Shown piece after piece: positions 1-10,596 of a DNA stretch of 64,000 bases (positions within the stretch are counted from its first letter, which is position 1; each line of letters opens with the position of its first letter). The DNA is from Candidatus Obscuribacterales bacterium (lineage in GTDB: Bacteria; Cyanobacteriota; Vampirovibrionia; Obscuribacterales; Obscuribacteraceae): positions 32,001-96,000 of the forward strand of contig CBDDIJ010000002.1 of assembly GCA_965228855.1 (NCBI GenBank). Direction: 5' to 3'. A program made the translations under genes and the position numbers. The notes below the pieces were generated by a model. It saw only the letters and a list, made by a program, of their open reading frames with translations. It searched no databases and was not told the origin of the DNA.

Positions 1-1230
1 TCGGTCGAGCGCTTGCTGCGGATCAACCAGGGCCCCGCCAACCTCTTCGCCGACGTGCTGGCGCCCGGCGCTGTCGCGGCGGTCGATGCCAAGACGGTGA
101 AGTTCACGCTGTCGAAGACGTTCGCGCCGTTCCTGGCGACCGTGCCGGCGGTGTTCATCCTCAACGAGGAAGTGGTGAAGGCCAACGAAGGTTCGGACGA
201 CGGCCAGACCTACCTCGCGACCAACGTGGCCGGCGCCGGCGCCTACACGCTGAAGAGCTGGGACCGCGGCGCGCAGATGACCATCGTGCGCAACAAGGAC
301 TACTACAAGGGCTTCGGCGAAGGCCCGATCGACGAGGTGCGCTGGATCGTCACCAATGACGAAGCCACGGTGCGCTCGCTCGCCGCTTCCGGCGAACTGA
401 CGATGACCAGCCAGTACCAGTCGCCGGAGACGTACAAGGCGCTGCTCGACATGGGCCGCTTCAATCTGGCCAAGGAAGAGACCTCGACTGCGTTCTACCT
501 GAAGCTCAACACCAAGGTCGCGCCGACCGACGACATCCACATCCGGCGCGCCATCGCGCTGGCGACCGACTACCAGACGATCCGCGACGTGATCTTCCCG
601 GGCGGCGTGCTGTCGACGCCGCTGCCCAAGGCATTCGCCGACTTCCACGCCGACGACGTGCCGGAGCCGAAGTTCGACATGGAAGCCGCCAAGGCGGAGG
701 TCGCGCAATCGAAATATGCCGGCGCGCCGATCCCGATCACGCTGGGCTACGTCGCCGGCACCAAGTTCGAGGAAGAGATCAGCCTGCTGATGCAGGCCAA
801 CCTCGAACAGCTGGGCTTCGTCATCACCCAGCAGGCCGACCCGTGGAACCGCATCACCGAGCTGACCACCAAGGTGGAGACCACGCCGGCGGTGAACCAG
901 ATCTTCTTCGGCCCGACCTACCCGTCGCCGGATTCGATGTTCTTCACCCAGTATCACTCGAAGGCCGCAGGCACCTGGTCCTCGGCGGAATGGCTGCAGA
1001 ATCCCGAGATCGACGCGATGATCGACGAGGCGCGTGGCACCGGCGACGCCGCCAAGCAGGCCGAGATCTACAAGAACCTGCAGCGCAAGCTGGTCGAGCT
1101 GCAGCCGGACGTGTTCCTGCTCACCCAGACCGTGCAGCATGCGATGGACAAGTGCCTGACCGGCTTCGCGGCGGTGCCAATGCAGTCGTTCGACTACGAC
1201 TTCGTCCGCTACAGCTGGACCTGCAAATAA
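1..1230 (+). CDS. ABC transporter substrate-binding protein, peptide/nickel (family 5); 5' end truncated by the window edge
   Basis: Frame open from base 1. DppA/OppA-like segments (GAGAYTLKSWDRG, IRRAIALATD, NPEIDAMIDEAR). Followed by permease and ATPase genes. Confidence 0.9.
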   Translation, partial: SVERLLRINQGPANLFADVLAPGAVAAVDAKTVKFTLSKTFAPFLATVPAVFILNEEVVKANEGSDDGQTYLATNVAGAGAYTLKSWDRGAQMTIVRNKDYYKGFGEGPIDEVRWIVTNDEATVRSLAASGELTMTSQYQSPETYKALLDMGRFNLAKEETSTAFYLKLNTKVAPTDDIHIRRAIALATDYQTIRDVIFPGGVLSTPLPKAFADFHADDVPEPKFDMEAAKAEVAQSKYAGAPIPITLGYVAGTKFEEEISLLMQANLEQLGFVITQQADPWNRITELTTKVETTPAVNQIFFGPTYPSPDSMFFTQYHSKAAGTWSSAEWLQNPEIDAMIDEARGTGDAAKQAEIYKNLQRKLVELQPDVFLLTQTVQHAMDKCLTGFAAVPMQSFDYDFVRYSWTCK

Positions 1231-1242
1231 CCACGCGACCGC

Positions 1243-1322
1243 GGCGGCGCATGACCTGCGCCGCCCGTTCGGAGACCCTGGCGCGGCGGCGCATACCGTC
1301 CTGCGGACGATCGCTGCCGCGC
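1243..1322 (+). other. GC-rich hairpins between the binding-protein and permease genes (possible mRNA-stabilising structure)
   Basis: ggcggcgca-tgacc-tgcgccgcc (1243-1265) and gcgcggcggcg...cgctgccgcgc (1281-1322); no U-tract. Confidence 0.4.
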
Positions 1323-1355
1323 TAACCCACCCAAACCTGACGACGGGACAGGCCC

Positions 1356-2378
1356 TTGGAATTCCTGCTCTTCCTCCTGAGGCGCGTGCTGTGGTCGCTG
1401 CTGGTCCTGTTCGGGCTGTCGGTGGTGATCTTCGGCATCGCGCGCGGCATACCCGGCGATCCGGCGCGGCTGGCGCTCGGCCCGCGGGCAAGCCCCGAGC
1501 AGGTCGAGCAGTTGCAGGAGAAACTCGGGCTCAACCGGCCGATCATCGAACAATACGGCCTGTTCATCGCTGGCCTTGCACGCGGCGACCTCGGCCGCTC
1601 GCTGCTGACCGAGCGGCCGGTGAACGACGACATCCGCGACACCTTCGCGGCGACGTTCGAGCTGGTGCTGTCGACGATCACCATCGCCTTCCTGATCGGC
1701 GTGCCGCTCGGCGTCGCCGCGGCGCGGTGGAAGGACCGCTGGCCCGACAATCTGGTGCGGCTGATCGCCATCTTCTCGGCGGTGACGCCAAGCTTCTTCC
1801 TGGCGCTGCTGCTGCAGATCCTCGCCGGATACGTGCTGCACATCCTGCCGACCACCGGGCGGCTGCCGCCGAGCATGGTGTTCACCGCCGACATCACCGG
1901 CCTGCTGACGATCGACTCGCTGCTCCGGGCGCGCTTCGACGTGTTCGTGGAATCGCTGCGCTACCTGCTGCTGCCGTCGCTGGCGCTGGCCGCCGCGACG
2001 CTCGGCCAGATCGCCCGCATCACCCGCTCGTCGATGATCGACGTGTCGAGCCAGGATTACATCGAGGCAAGCCGCGCCTTCGGCGTGCCGGAGCCGGTGC
2101 GGCTGTTCAAATACATGCTGCGGCCGAGCTTCGTGCCACCGCTCACCATTCTCGGCCTCGAATTCGCGTCGCTGATCGGCAACGCCTTCGTCGTCGAGCT
2201 GGTGTTCGCCTGGCCCGGCATGGCTGCCTACGGCATCCGCACCATCCTGCAGAAGGACCTCAACGCGGTGATGGGCGTGGTCATGGTGTCCGGCGTGTTC
2301 TTCGTGATGGTGAACCTCGTCATCGACGTTCTGGTCGGCTTCGTCGACCCGCGCGTGCGCATCCGGGGGAGCCGCTGA
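1356..2378 (+). CDS. ABC transporter permease (DppB-like)
   Basis: PGDPARLALG, GDLGRS and the EAA loop (DYIEASRAFG); multiple TM segments; TTG start. Confidence 0.92.
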   Translation: MEFLLFLLRRVLWSLLVLFGLSVVIFGIARGIPGDPARLALGPRASPEQVEQLQEKLGLNRPIIEQYGLFIAGLARGDLGRSLLTERPVNDDIRDTFAATFELVLSTITIAFLIGVPLGVAAARWKDRWPDNLVRLIAIFSAVTPSFFLALLLQILAGYVLHILPTTGRLPPSMVFTADITGLLTIDSLLRARFDVFVESLRYLLLPSLALAAATLGQIARITRSSMIDVSSQDYIEASRAFGVPEPVRLFKYMLRPSFVPPLTILGLEFASLIGNAFVVELVFAWPGMAAYGIRTILQKDLNAVMGVVMVSGVFFVMVNLVIDVLVGFVDPRVRIRGSR

Positions 2379-3262
2379 TGGTCGACATCGCTCCCGAAGC
2401 CGAACCGCGCCGGCTCTCCAACGCTTACCAGAACTGGTACCGCTTCTCGCGCAACCCGACGGCCGTCATCGGCGCGGCGATCGTCATCATCTGCGTGCTG
2501 GCGGCGATCTTCGCGCCGCTGATCACCCCCTACCCCGAACATGTCGGCGCGGTGGTGAATTTCCGCGCCCGCCACCTGCCGCCCTCGGCGGAATACTGGT
2601 TCGGCACCGACAATGTCGGGCGCGACATCTTCACCCGCGTGGTGTTCGGCATGCGCGTGTCGCTGCTGCTGGCGCTGGTGGTGCTCGGAACCGCCATCCC
2701 GGTCGGCACCATCCTCGGGCTGCTGGCCGGCTACTATGGCGGCTGGGTCGAGATCGTCATCATGCGCATCACCGACATCGCGCTCGCCATCCCGCCGCTG
2801 GTGATGGCGCTGGCGGTCGCGGCGGTGCTGTCGCCCGACCTGATCAACTCGATGATGGCGATCGCGGCGCTGTGGTGGACCTGGCACACACGGCTGATCT
2901 ACTCGATCACCCGGCAATTGCGCGGCCAGGAATTCGTCGAGGCGGCCGAGACGCTCGGCGCCTCGAAGTTCCACATCCTGTTCCGCGAGATCCTGCCGAA
3001 CTGCGTCTCGGCGCTGGCGGTGAAGACCTCGCTCGACTGCGGCTTCGTCATCCTCGTCGGCGCCTCGCTGTCGTTCCTCGGCCTCGGTATCCAGCCGCCG
3101 ACACCCGACCTCGGCACCATGGTGTCTTCGGGTTCGGCGTTCCTGCCCGACTACTGGTGGGAATCGGTGCTGCCCGGCTGCGCCATACTGTTCGTCGCGC
3201 TCGGCTTCAACCTGCTCGGCGACGGGCTGCGCGACCTCTTCGACGTGCAGGAGGTCCGGTGA
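2378..3262 (+). CDS. ABC transporter permease (DppC-like)
   Basis: TGATG overlap with the upstream stop; WFGTDNVGRD, EFVEAAETLGA, FNLLGDGLRD. Confidence 0.92.
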   Translation: MVDIAPEAEPRRLSNAYQNWYRFSRNPTAVIGAAIVIICVLAAIFAPLITPYPEHVGAVVNFRARHLPPSAEYWFGTDNVGRDIFTRVVFGMRVSLLLALVVLGTAIPVGTILGLLAGYYGGWVEIVIMRITDIALAIPPLVMALAVAAVLSPDLINSMMAIAALWWTWHTRLIYSITRQLRGQEFVEAAETLGASKFHILFREILPNCVSALAVKTSLDCGFVILVGASLSFLGLGIQPPTPDLGTMVSSGSAFLPDYWWESVLPGCAILFVALGFNLLGDGLRDLFDVQEVR

Positions 3263-4104
3263 GCCAGGCCCTGCTCAGCGTCCGCGACCTGTCGGTCGAG
3301 TTCACCACCTACGGGCGCACCAACCCGGTGCTGAAGCAGGTGTCGCTCGACGTGCCGGCGCATTCGCAGATCGCGCTGGTCGGTGAAAGCGGCTCCGGCA
3401 AGACGGTGACCATGAAGGCGATCATGGGACTGCTGCGGCAGCCGCCGGCAGCGATCACCGGCGGCCAGATCTTCTACGACGGCCGCGACCTTCTGACGAT
3501 GCCGGCGGCCGAGCGCATGAAGCTGCGCGGCACGGCGATGTCGATGGTGTTCCAGGACCCGATGAGCTCGCTCAACCCGGTGTTCACCATCGGCGACCAA
3601 CTGGGCACCATCCTGAAATACGCCGACCGCCGGCTCGGCCGCAGCCGCGGCCGCCGCGAACGCATGGCGCGCGTGTACGAGGTGCTGGCGCAGGTGCGGA
3701 TGCGCGAGCCGGAGCGGGTCTCGGCCTCCTATCCGATCATGCTGTCCGGTGGCATGCGGCAGCGCGTGCTGATCGCCATGGCGCTGCTCAGCGAACCCAA
3801 GCTGCTGATCGCCGACGAGCCCGGCACGGCGCTCGACGTGACGACGCAGGCGCAGATCCTCAAGCTGCTGAAGGACCTGGTCGAAGCGCGCGGGCTGGCG
3901 CTGCTGATGATCACCCACAATCTCGGCGTGGTGCGCGAGACCTCGAGCTACGTCTACGTGATGAACAAGGGCACGGTGGTCGAGCACCGGCCGACGGCCG
4001 AGCTGTTCGCGGCGCCGCGCGAGGACTACACCAAGGCGCTGATCGCCGCCGTGCCGCGGCTGACCGGCGGCATGCGGTTCGGCTCGGCGGAGGCGGCGTC
4101 ATGA
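3259..4104 (+). CDS. ABC transporter ATP-binding protein (DppD-like)
   Basis: GTGA overlap; Walker A GESGSGKT, LSGGMRQR, IADEP, ITHNLG. Confidence 0.92.
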   Translation: MSQALLSVRDLSVEFTTYGRTNPVLKQVSLDVPAHSQIALVGESGSGKTVTMKAIMGLLRQPPAAITGGQIFYDGRDLLTMPAAERMKLRGTAMSMVFQDPMSSLNPVFTIGDQLGTILKYADRRLGRSRGRRERMARVYEVLAQVRMREPERVSASYPIMLSGGMRQRVLIAMALLSEPKLLIADEPGTALDVTTQAQILKLLKDLVEARGLALLMITHNLGVVRETSSYVYVMNKGTVVEHRPTAELFAAPREDYTKALIAAVPRLTGGMRFGSAEAAS

Positions 4105-5006
4105 GCCGGCCGATGCTCGAAATAACCAATCTCGTGAAGACGTTCCCGGTGCGCAACGCGTTCGGACGCCAGAGCGGCGAGGTAAAGGCCGTCAATGACG
4201 TATCGTTCTCGATCGAGCGCGGCCATGTCTACGGGCTGGCCGGCGAGAGCGGCTCGGGCAAGTCGACCATCGCCCGGATGATCATGGGGCTGACGCTCCC
4301 GACCGCCGGCGAGATCCTGCTCGACGGCCAGAACATCGCCGGCGCGGTCGGCTCGCGCGAGCATGGCCGCAAGGTGCAGATGGTGTTCCAGAACCCCGGC
4401 TCCTCGCTCAACCCGCGGCGCACGGTCGGCCAGTCGATCACGGTGCCGCTGGCCGCCCACGGACATGCCCGGAACGACCGCCAGCGGCGCATCGGCGAAC
4501 TGCTGGAGATGGTGCAGCTGCCGGCCGATTTCGCGCAGCGTTTCCCGCACGAACTGTCGGGCGGCCAGAAGCAGCGGGTGGCGATCGCCAGGGCGCTGGC
4601 GGTTGCGCCGAAGCTGCTGGTGCTCGACGAGCCGACTTCAGCCCTCGACGTCTCGGTGCAGGCGCGGGTCATCGACCTGCTGGTCGATCTCGGCCGCCAG
4701 TTCGACCTCACTTTCCTGTTCATATCGCACGACCTCAGCCTGATGCGGAACTTCGCGCAGAAGGTCGGCGTGCTCTATCTCGGCGAGATCGTGGAAACCG
4801 GTCCGACGGCCGAAGTCTTCGAGCGGCCCCGACACGACTACACCAGGCTGCTTCTCGCATCCGTCCCGGTGGTCTCGGCGGAAGAAGAGGCGATGCGGCC
4901 CGTCATTCCGCTGATCGACGGTGAAATCCCGACGGCGGACAAGCTCATCGCCCTGCGCAAGGCAGGGAAACTCCAGCAAACGTCCCAAGAGGTTCAGACA
5001 AAATGA
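4101..5006 (+). CDS. ABC transporter ATP-binding protein (DppF-like)
   Basis: GESGSGKS, LSGGQKQR, LDEPTSALD, ISHDL. Confidence 0.92.
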   Translation: MSRPMLEITNLVKTFPVRNAFGRQSGEVKAVNDVSFSIERGHVYGLAGESGSGKSTIARMIMGLTLPTAGEILLDGQNIAGAVGSREHGRKVQMVFQNPGSSLNPRRTVGQSITVPLAAHGHARNDRQRRIGELLEMVQLPADFAQRFPHELSGGQKQRVAIARALAVAPKLLVLDEPTSALDVSVQARVIDLLVDLGRQFDLTFLFISHDLSLMRNFAQKVGVLYLGEIVETGPTAEVFERPRHDYTRLLLASVPVVSAEEEAMRPVIPLIDGEIPTADKLIALRKAGKLQQTSQEVQTK

Positions 5007-6547
5007 TCAGGATAGGCATCGACGTGGGCGGCACAAACACCGACGCGGTGGTCATGGACGGCGCGAAGGTCATCGCCGGCGTGAAGTCAGCGACGACATC
5101 CGACGTGATGAGCGGCGTCGTCAACGCGCTGAAGGCCGTGCTGGAGGCGTCGAAGATGAAGGCGTCGAGCGTCGACGTGGTGATGGTCGGCACCACCCAC
5201 TTCACCAACGCCGTGGTGCAGCGGCGCGACCTGGCGCAGACCGCCGCGGTGCGGCTCGGCCTGCCGGCCACCGCCTCGCTGCCGCCGATGGTGGACTGGC
5301 CGGAAGACCTGAAGCTGTCGATCGGCAACCACGCCTATCTGGCGCATGGCGGCAACGAGTTCGACGGCCGGGTGATCTCGCCACTCGACGAGAAGGAACT
5401 GCTCGACATTGCCGCCGACATCAAGGCGAAGGGCATCAAAACGATCGCCATCACCTCGGTGTTCTCGCCGGTGAGCAACGAGTTCGAGAAGCAGGCCGGC
5501 GCGATCTTCGAGAAGGCGCTGCCCGGCGCGCATGTCACGCTGTCCAGCGAGATCGGCCGCATCGGCCTCCTGGAGCGCGAGAACGCGGCGATCATGAACG
5601 CCTGCCTGCGCGACCTCTCGGCGCATGTCATCGCGGCCTTCCGCAAGGCGATCAGCGAGGCCGGCATCAAGGGACGCTTCTACCTGACGCAGAACGACGG
5701 CACGCTGATGGACGCGGCATTCGCCGAAAAATTCCCGGTGCTGACCTTCGCCTCCGGCCCGACCAACTCGATGCGCGGCGCCGCCTTCCTGTCGGGCGTC
5801 TCGGACGCCATCGTCGTCGACATCGGCGGCACCACATCGGATGTCGGCTCGCTGCACAAGGGCTTCCCGCGCCAGGCGACGGTGGCCGTCGAGGTGGGCG
5901 GCGTGCGCACCAATTTCCGCATGCCGGACGTGTTTTCGATCGGGCTCGGCGGCGGCTCGCACGTGGTCGAGACGGACAAGGGCATCAAGGTCGGCCCGAC
6001 CTCGGTCGGCTACCGGCTGGTGACCGAGGCGCTGATCTTCGGCGGCTCGACGCTGACCACCTCCGATGTGATGGCGGCGGCCGGGCGCACCGATTTCGGC
6101 GACAGGGCCAAGGTCGCACATCTCGGCCAGGATTTCGTCAAGCGTACCCAGGCACGGATCATGGAGATGCTCGAGGATTGCGTCGAGCGGTCGCGGCTGT
6201 CGCCGGAACCGCTGCCGGTGATCGTCGTCGGCGGCGGCTCGATCCTCGTCGACGGACCGATCGGCGGGCTGGACGTGATCAAGCCGAACCACTTCGCCGT
6301 GGCCAACGCGGTCGGGGCGGCGATCGCACAGGTTTCGGGCGAGATCGACCGGGTTTACGCGCTGGCCGAGATGGGCCGCGACAATGCCCTGGCGGACGCC
6401 AAGCAGCGCGCCGTCGATGCGGCGGTGGCCGCGGGCGCATCGCGGGACTCGATCGAGATCGTCGATGTCGAGGACGTGCCGCTGGCCTACCTGCCCGGCA
6501 ATGCGACGCGCGTCCGCGTCAAGGCGGTGGGAGAGCTCCATGTCTAA
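5003..6547 (+). CDS. Hydantoinase/oxoprolinase family protein (HyuA-like, actin-like ATPase fold)
   Basis: IGIDVGGTNTDAV, GTTHFTNA, ASGPTNS, DIGGTTSD, ANAVGAA. Confidence 0.88.
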   Translation: MIRIGIDVGGTNTDAVVMDGAKVIAGVKSATTSDVMSGVVNALKAVLEASKMKASSVDVVMVGTTHFTNAVVQRRDLAQTAAVRLGLPATASLPPMVDWPEDLKLSIGNHAYLAHGGNEFDGRVISPLDEKELLDIAADIKAKGIKTIAITSVFSPVSNEFEKQAGAIFEKALPGAHVTLSSEIGRIGLLERENAAIMNACLRDLSAHVIAAFRKAISEAGIKGRFYLTQNDGTLMDAAFAEKFPVLTFASGPTNSMRGAAFLSGVSDAIVVDIGGTTSDVGSLHKGFPRQATVAVEVGGVRTNFRMPDVFSIGLGGGSHVVETDKGIKVGPTSVGYRLVTEALIFGGSTLTTSDVMAAAGRTDFGDRAKVAHLGQDFVKRTQARIMEMLEDCVERSRLSPEPLPVIVVGGGSILVDGPIGGLDVIKPNHFAVANAVGAAIAQVSGEIDRVYALAEMGRDNALADAKQRAVDAAVAAGASRDSIEIVDVEDVPLAYLPGNATRVRVKAVGELHV

Positions 6548-7640
6548 GGGCTACGTGCTCAAGGAAGCCGACCTGCTGCCGCTGTCGATCGGCGCGGCGC
6601 TGCTCGGCACCGGCGGCGGCGGCAATCCGTATGTCGGTATGCTGCGGACGCGCGAGCTGATGCGCAAGGGCGCCAGCGTGACGATCCTGCCGCTCGACGC
6701 GCTGCCCGACGACGCATGGATCAGCGAAGTCGGCGGCATCGGCGCGCCGGTCGTCGGCGTCGAGAAGATCGAGGAAGGCGGCGAATGCTACCGCGCCATG
6801 CGCGCGGTGGAGGAAGCGACCGGCGTCAGGATGTCGGCGATGATCTCGGCCGAGATCGGCGGTTCCAACTCGATGGAGCCGATCATCGCCGCGGCGATCG
6901 CCGGGCTGCCGGTGATCGACGGCGACGGCATGGGCCGCGCCTTTCCCGAAGTGCAGATGACGACGTTCTTCATCTACGGCGCCCAGGCCGCCCCCGCGGC
7001 GATCGCCGACGAAAAGGGCAACGTCGTGGTGTTCCAGAAGGTCATCGACATGTACTGGCTGGAGCGCTTCGCGCGGTCGACGGCGGTCGACATGGGCGCC
7101 GGCGCCGGCCTTGCCATCGCGCCGATGTCGATGGAGTTCGTGCGACGCACCGCGGTTCCCGGCACGGTGACTCTCGCGCTGGAGATCGGCCAGACCGTTC
7201 TCGATGCACGCGCCAAGCGGCAGAACGTGGTCGAGCGGGTGATCCGCAAGGCCAACGGCAAGCTGTTCTTCACCGGCAAGATCATCGACATCCGCCGCGA
7301 ACTGACCGGCGGGTTCGCCCGCGGCCACGCCATCGTGTCGGGCATCGATGACTGGACCGGGTCGGAAGCACGCATCGCCATCCAGAACGAGAACCTGGTG
7401 CTGTGGATCGACGGCCAGCCGGCGATCATGGTGCCCGACCTGATCATGAACCTCGAGCTCGACACCGGCGAGCCGATCACCACCGAGATGCTGCGCTACG
7501 GCCAGCGCGTCGCCATCATCGGGCTGCCGGCGCACGACCTCCTGAAGACGCCCAAGGCGCTGGAAGTCGTCGGACCGAAGGCATTCGGCTACCCCGAGCT
7601 CACCTTCGAACCGCTATCCGTGAAACCGCTCGCCGCTTGA
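6540..7640 (+). CDS. DUF917 family protein (S-methyl thiohydantoin desulfurase-like)
   Basis: LGTGGGGNP, EIGGSN, DGDGMGRAFPEVQM, QNENL, PDLI; ATG overlaps the upstream gene. Confidence 0.85.
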   Translation: MSKGYVLKEADLLPLSIGAALLGTGGGGNPYVGMLRTRELMRKGASVTILPLDALPDDAWISEVGGIGAPVVGVEKIEEGGECYRAMRAVEEATGVRMSAMISAEIGGSNSMEPIIAAAIAGLPVIDGDGMGRAFPEVQMTTFFIYGAQAAPAAIADEKGNVVVFQKVIDMYWLERFARSTAVDMGAGAGLAIAPMSMEFVRRTAVPGTVTLALEIGQTVLDARAKRQNVVERVIRKANGKLFFTGKIIDIRRELTGGFARGHAIVSGIDDWTGSEARIAIQNENLVLWIDGQPAIMVPDLIMNLELDTGEPITTEMLRYGQRVAIIGLPAHDLLKTPKALEVVGPKAFGYPELTFEPLSVKPLAA

Positions 7641-7651
7641 GAGAGGCTGCC

Positions 7652-8728
7652 ATGAAAATCCTGCGCACGATCCACGCCGAGGACCTCGAAGACATCGCCA
7701 TCGGCGGCGCCATCCTCGGCACCGGCGGCGGTGGCGATCCCTATGTCGGCAAGCTGATGGCCCAGCAGGCGATCAAGAAGCACGGCCCGGTTCGGCTGAT
7801 CGACGTCGAGCAACTGCCCGACGGCGCGCTGGTCGTGCCGGTGTGCATGATGGGCGCGCCGACGGTGATGACCGAGAAGCTGCCGCAGGGCGACGAGTTG
7901 ATGAACGCCTTCCGCCAGCTCGAACAGCTGCTCGGCCGCAAGATCGACGCGGTGCTGTGCGGCGAGGCCGGTGGAGTCAACTCGACGACGCCGTTCGTGG
8001 TCGCCGCTGCCAGCGGCCTGCCGCTGGTCGACGGCGACGGCATGGGCCGCGCCTATCCCGAATTGCAGATGGTGACGTTCACCATGCACGGCGTGTCGGC
8101 GACGCCGATGGTGCTGTGCGACGACAAGGGCAACTCGATCGTGCTGGAGACAGTGAGCAACGCCTGGACCGAAAGGCTGGCGCGCGCCGCGACCGTCGAG
8201 ATGGGCGGATCGGCGCTGCTCGCCTTCTATGCCATGAGCGGCGCGGTGGCCAAGAAGGCGGTGGTGCGCGGCACGCTGTCTCTGTGCTCCAAGCTCGGAC
8301 AGACCTTGCGGGAAAGCCGCGCCGCCCATGGCGACCCGGTGGCGGCGGTCGCCGAACTGCTCGACGCCAAGGTGATCTTTCACGGCCGCGTCAAGGACAT
8401 CGACCGGCGCACGGTCGGCGGCTTCGCACGCGGCACCGCCAGCTTCGACGGCGTCGAGGAATGGAAAGGACACAGCTTCAAGCTGGAGTTCCAGAACGAA
8501 TTCCTGATCGCCCATCGCGACGGCAAGGTGCTGGTGACGACGCCCGACCTGATCACGCTGGTCGAGGCCGAGAGCGGCAATCCGGTGACGGCTGATTCTA
8601 TCCGCTACGGGCTGCGCCTCGTCGCGCTGGCCTTCCCGTGCAACCCGCAATGGCAGAGCGAGGCGGGCATCAGGCTGGTCGGCCCGCGCTACTTCGGCTA
8701 CGACGTGGACTATACGCCCTACGTCTGA
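7652..8728 (+). CDS. DUF917 family protein, second paralogue
   Basis: LGTGGGGDP, EAGGVN, DGDGMGRAYPELQM, QNEFL, PDLI, VGPRYFGY; RBS gagagg. Confidence 0.85.
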   Translation: MKILRTIHAEDLEDIAIGGAILGTGGGGDPYVGKLMAQQAIKKHGPVRLIDVEQLPDGALVVPVCMMGAPTVMTEKLPQGDELMNAFRQLEQLLGRKIDAVLCGEAGGVNSTTPFVVAAASGLPLVDGDGMGRAYPELQMVTFTMHGVSATPMVLCDDKGNSIVLETVSNAWTERLARAATVEMGGSALLAFYAMSGAVAKKAVVRGTLSLCSKLGQTLRESRAAHGDPVAAVAELLDAKVIFHGRVKDIDRRTVGGFARGTASFDGVEEWKGHSFKLEFQNEFLIAHRDGKVLVTTPDLITLVEAESGNPVTADSIRYGLRLVALAFPCNPQWQSEAGIRLVGPRYFGYDVDYTPYV

Positions 8729-8899
8729 ACTCCACCACTGGCCCCGCCCGAGGCGTGATGCAACCGCGCCGGGAAAATGCTTTCCTCGGCAACAACTGAT
8801 GCCTTTCCGGCATCACCCCTGATCATAATCTGTTCCAGCGTGCAGCAATAAATCGCGTTAACGTTGCTTCCAACCGAAGCATCTTTGGGCGAGGCTGCA

Positions 8900-10564
8900 A
8901 TGCAGTTATTGTCGTCGAGAACTTTTGTTTACGGTTTTTTTACCACGTTATTCGTGGGAGTGAACCCGATCCCGGCCATAGCCGACGGCTGCTTCTCGGC
9001 GCCGTATTCATGCTATCCGCCCGGTGACATCTCTCCGCAGACACCGCGCCAGTACGCACCGCTGGCGAGCGCCTACGCCGACATGGCGTGGCTCGATTTC
9101 CTGGCGCTGAACTCTCCGGCGGCGACCGACGCGTCGGGCAACTACCTGCCGCAGCCGAGCACCGTGAACGGCCTCAACTACAATGCCGGCAACTACGTCG
9201 CGGTATGGCAGACCTGGACCGAGGCGCGCGAGCTGTTCCTGCCCAACGGCGCGAAACCCGACCCGTTCGGCTCCGGCCACGACCTGCCGGCCGCCTGCCA
9301 ATCGCTCGGACGGCCCGATGTCACCATGCTGCTCAGCCGGTCGTCGAAGGCCGGCGAAGTGGCCGCGCACGACACAACCAAGGACAAGGTCGGCGCGCCG
9401 AAGACACAGGCGCAGGTACTGGACGAATATGTGCAGGCGCTGCGCATGGGACCGGTCGTCGATCAGAACGGCCAGTACGTCCGCTTCGGCCTCAACTTCA
9501 ACGGCACGATGTACGATTATGTCGTCGACAACGTGCTGTACAACAAGGAAGGCCAGGAAGCCTTCGACAGAGACGATCCCAACCGCGACAAGAACCCGGT
9601 CGACTGGCCGCGCGGGCAGTATCAGGGCGCGGTCGGCTCGATATTCGTCAAATCGTCGTGGAAGATCCTCGGCAATGGCGACAATCCGGCGCTGTTCTCG
9701 CGGGTCACCGCCTACATCTACGACGAGGCGGGCGGGCCGTTCGGCGACGAGCCGACCGTCATCGAGAAGTGCGAGGTCAAGGAGGTCGGGCTTGTCGGCT
9801 TCCACATCGTCCATCGCAGCAACTCGGCGCCGCAATGGGTGTGGTCGACCTTCGAGCATTACTACAACGCGCCCTGGCTGGTCGACTTCCGAGCCGGCAC
9901 GCCGCCGTGGAAATACAGCTTCTTCAACCAGGCCACCTGCCCGCCGGTCGGCGGCTTGCCGTCATGCGCCTACAATTCGGTGCCGGCACAGCCGTGGAAC
10001 CCGCAGCGGCCCGGCCAGGCGCCGACCCAGATCGTGCGGATCGCCGCGCCCGGCGAATACGCCGAGAGCGCCAACAGCGTCTACCAGAACGCCTTGCGCA
10101 TGTCGTTCGGCGGCACGGTGTGGGAGAACTACTTCCTCGTCGACGTGCAGTTCCCGACGGTGGTGGACGTGGTCAATCCGGGGACCGGGCTCGCCAACGA
10201 GAACCCTGCCTATCCCGACGGCGTGCCGTCGCCGTCCTTCCTCGCCAACTCGACGCTGGAGACCTACATCCAGGGCGTCGGCGAGGGCGCCGTGACGACC
10301 AACGGCAACGCCGTTCCCTATGACGACCAGATGCAGAACATCATCGTCAGAGGTCCCGTCGTGAATCCGTTCCAGCCCAGCATCTTCAACCAGTCCGGCG
10401 GTTCCGAAAGGCTGACGTCGAGTTGCGTCAGCTGCCACTACGACGCCGCCATGACCACCGGCACCAACGCGAACTTCGTGTTCTCGCTGAGCCGCGCGCA
10501 GAGCACCCAGACCAGCGCGACCGAGCCGACGGCCGAACCCGCCGCCGACAAGCCCGCGCAATAG
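8900..10564 (+). CDS. Exported mono-haem cytochrome c-like protein
   Basis: Signal-peptide-like N-terminus; one CxxCH (CVSCH) near the C-terminus; WVWSTFEH and ANSTLETY motifs; several additional Cys. Confidence 0.65.
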   Translation: MQLLSSRTFVYGFFTTLFVGVNPIPAIADGCFSAPYSCYPPGDISPQTPRQYAPLASAYADMAWLDFLALNSPAATDASGNYLPQPSTVNGLNYNAGNYVAVWQTWTEARELFLPNGAKPDPFGSGHDLPAACQSLGRPDVTMLLSRSSKAGEVAAHDTTKDKVGAPKTQAQVLDEYVQALRMGPVVDQNGQYVRFGLNFNGTMYDYVVDNVLYNKEGQEAFDRDDPNRDKNPVDWPRGQYQGAVGSIFVKSSWKILGNGDNPALFSRVTAYIYDEAGGPFGDEPTVIEKCEVKEVGLVGFHIVHRSNSAPQWVWSTFEHYYNAPWLVDFRAGTPPWKYSFFNQATCPPVGGLPSCAYNSVPAQPWNPQRPGQAPTQIVRIAAPGEYAESANSVYQNALRMSFGGTVWENYFLVDVQFPTVVDVVNPGTGLANENPAYPDGVPSPSFLANSTLETYIQGVGEGAVTTNGNAVPYDDQMQNIIVRGPVVNPFQPSIFNQSGGSERLTSSCVSCHYDAAMTTGTNANFVFSLSRAQSTQTSATEPTAEPAADKPAQ

Positions 10565-10596
10565 ACGTCGCAGCAAGCGTTCGAGGAGCGCACGCC

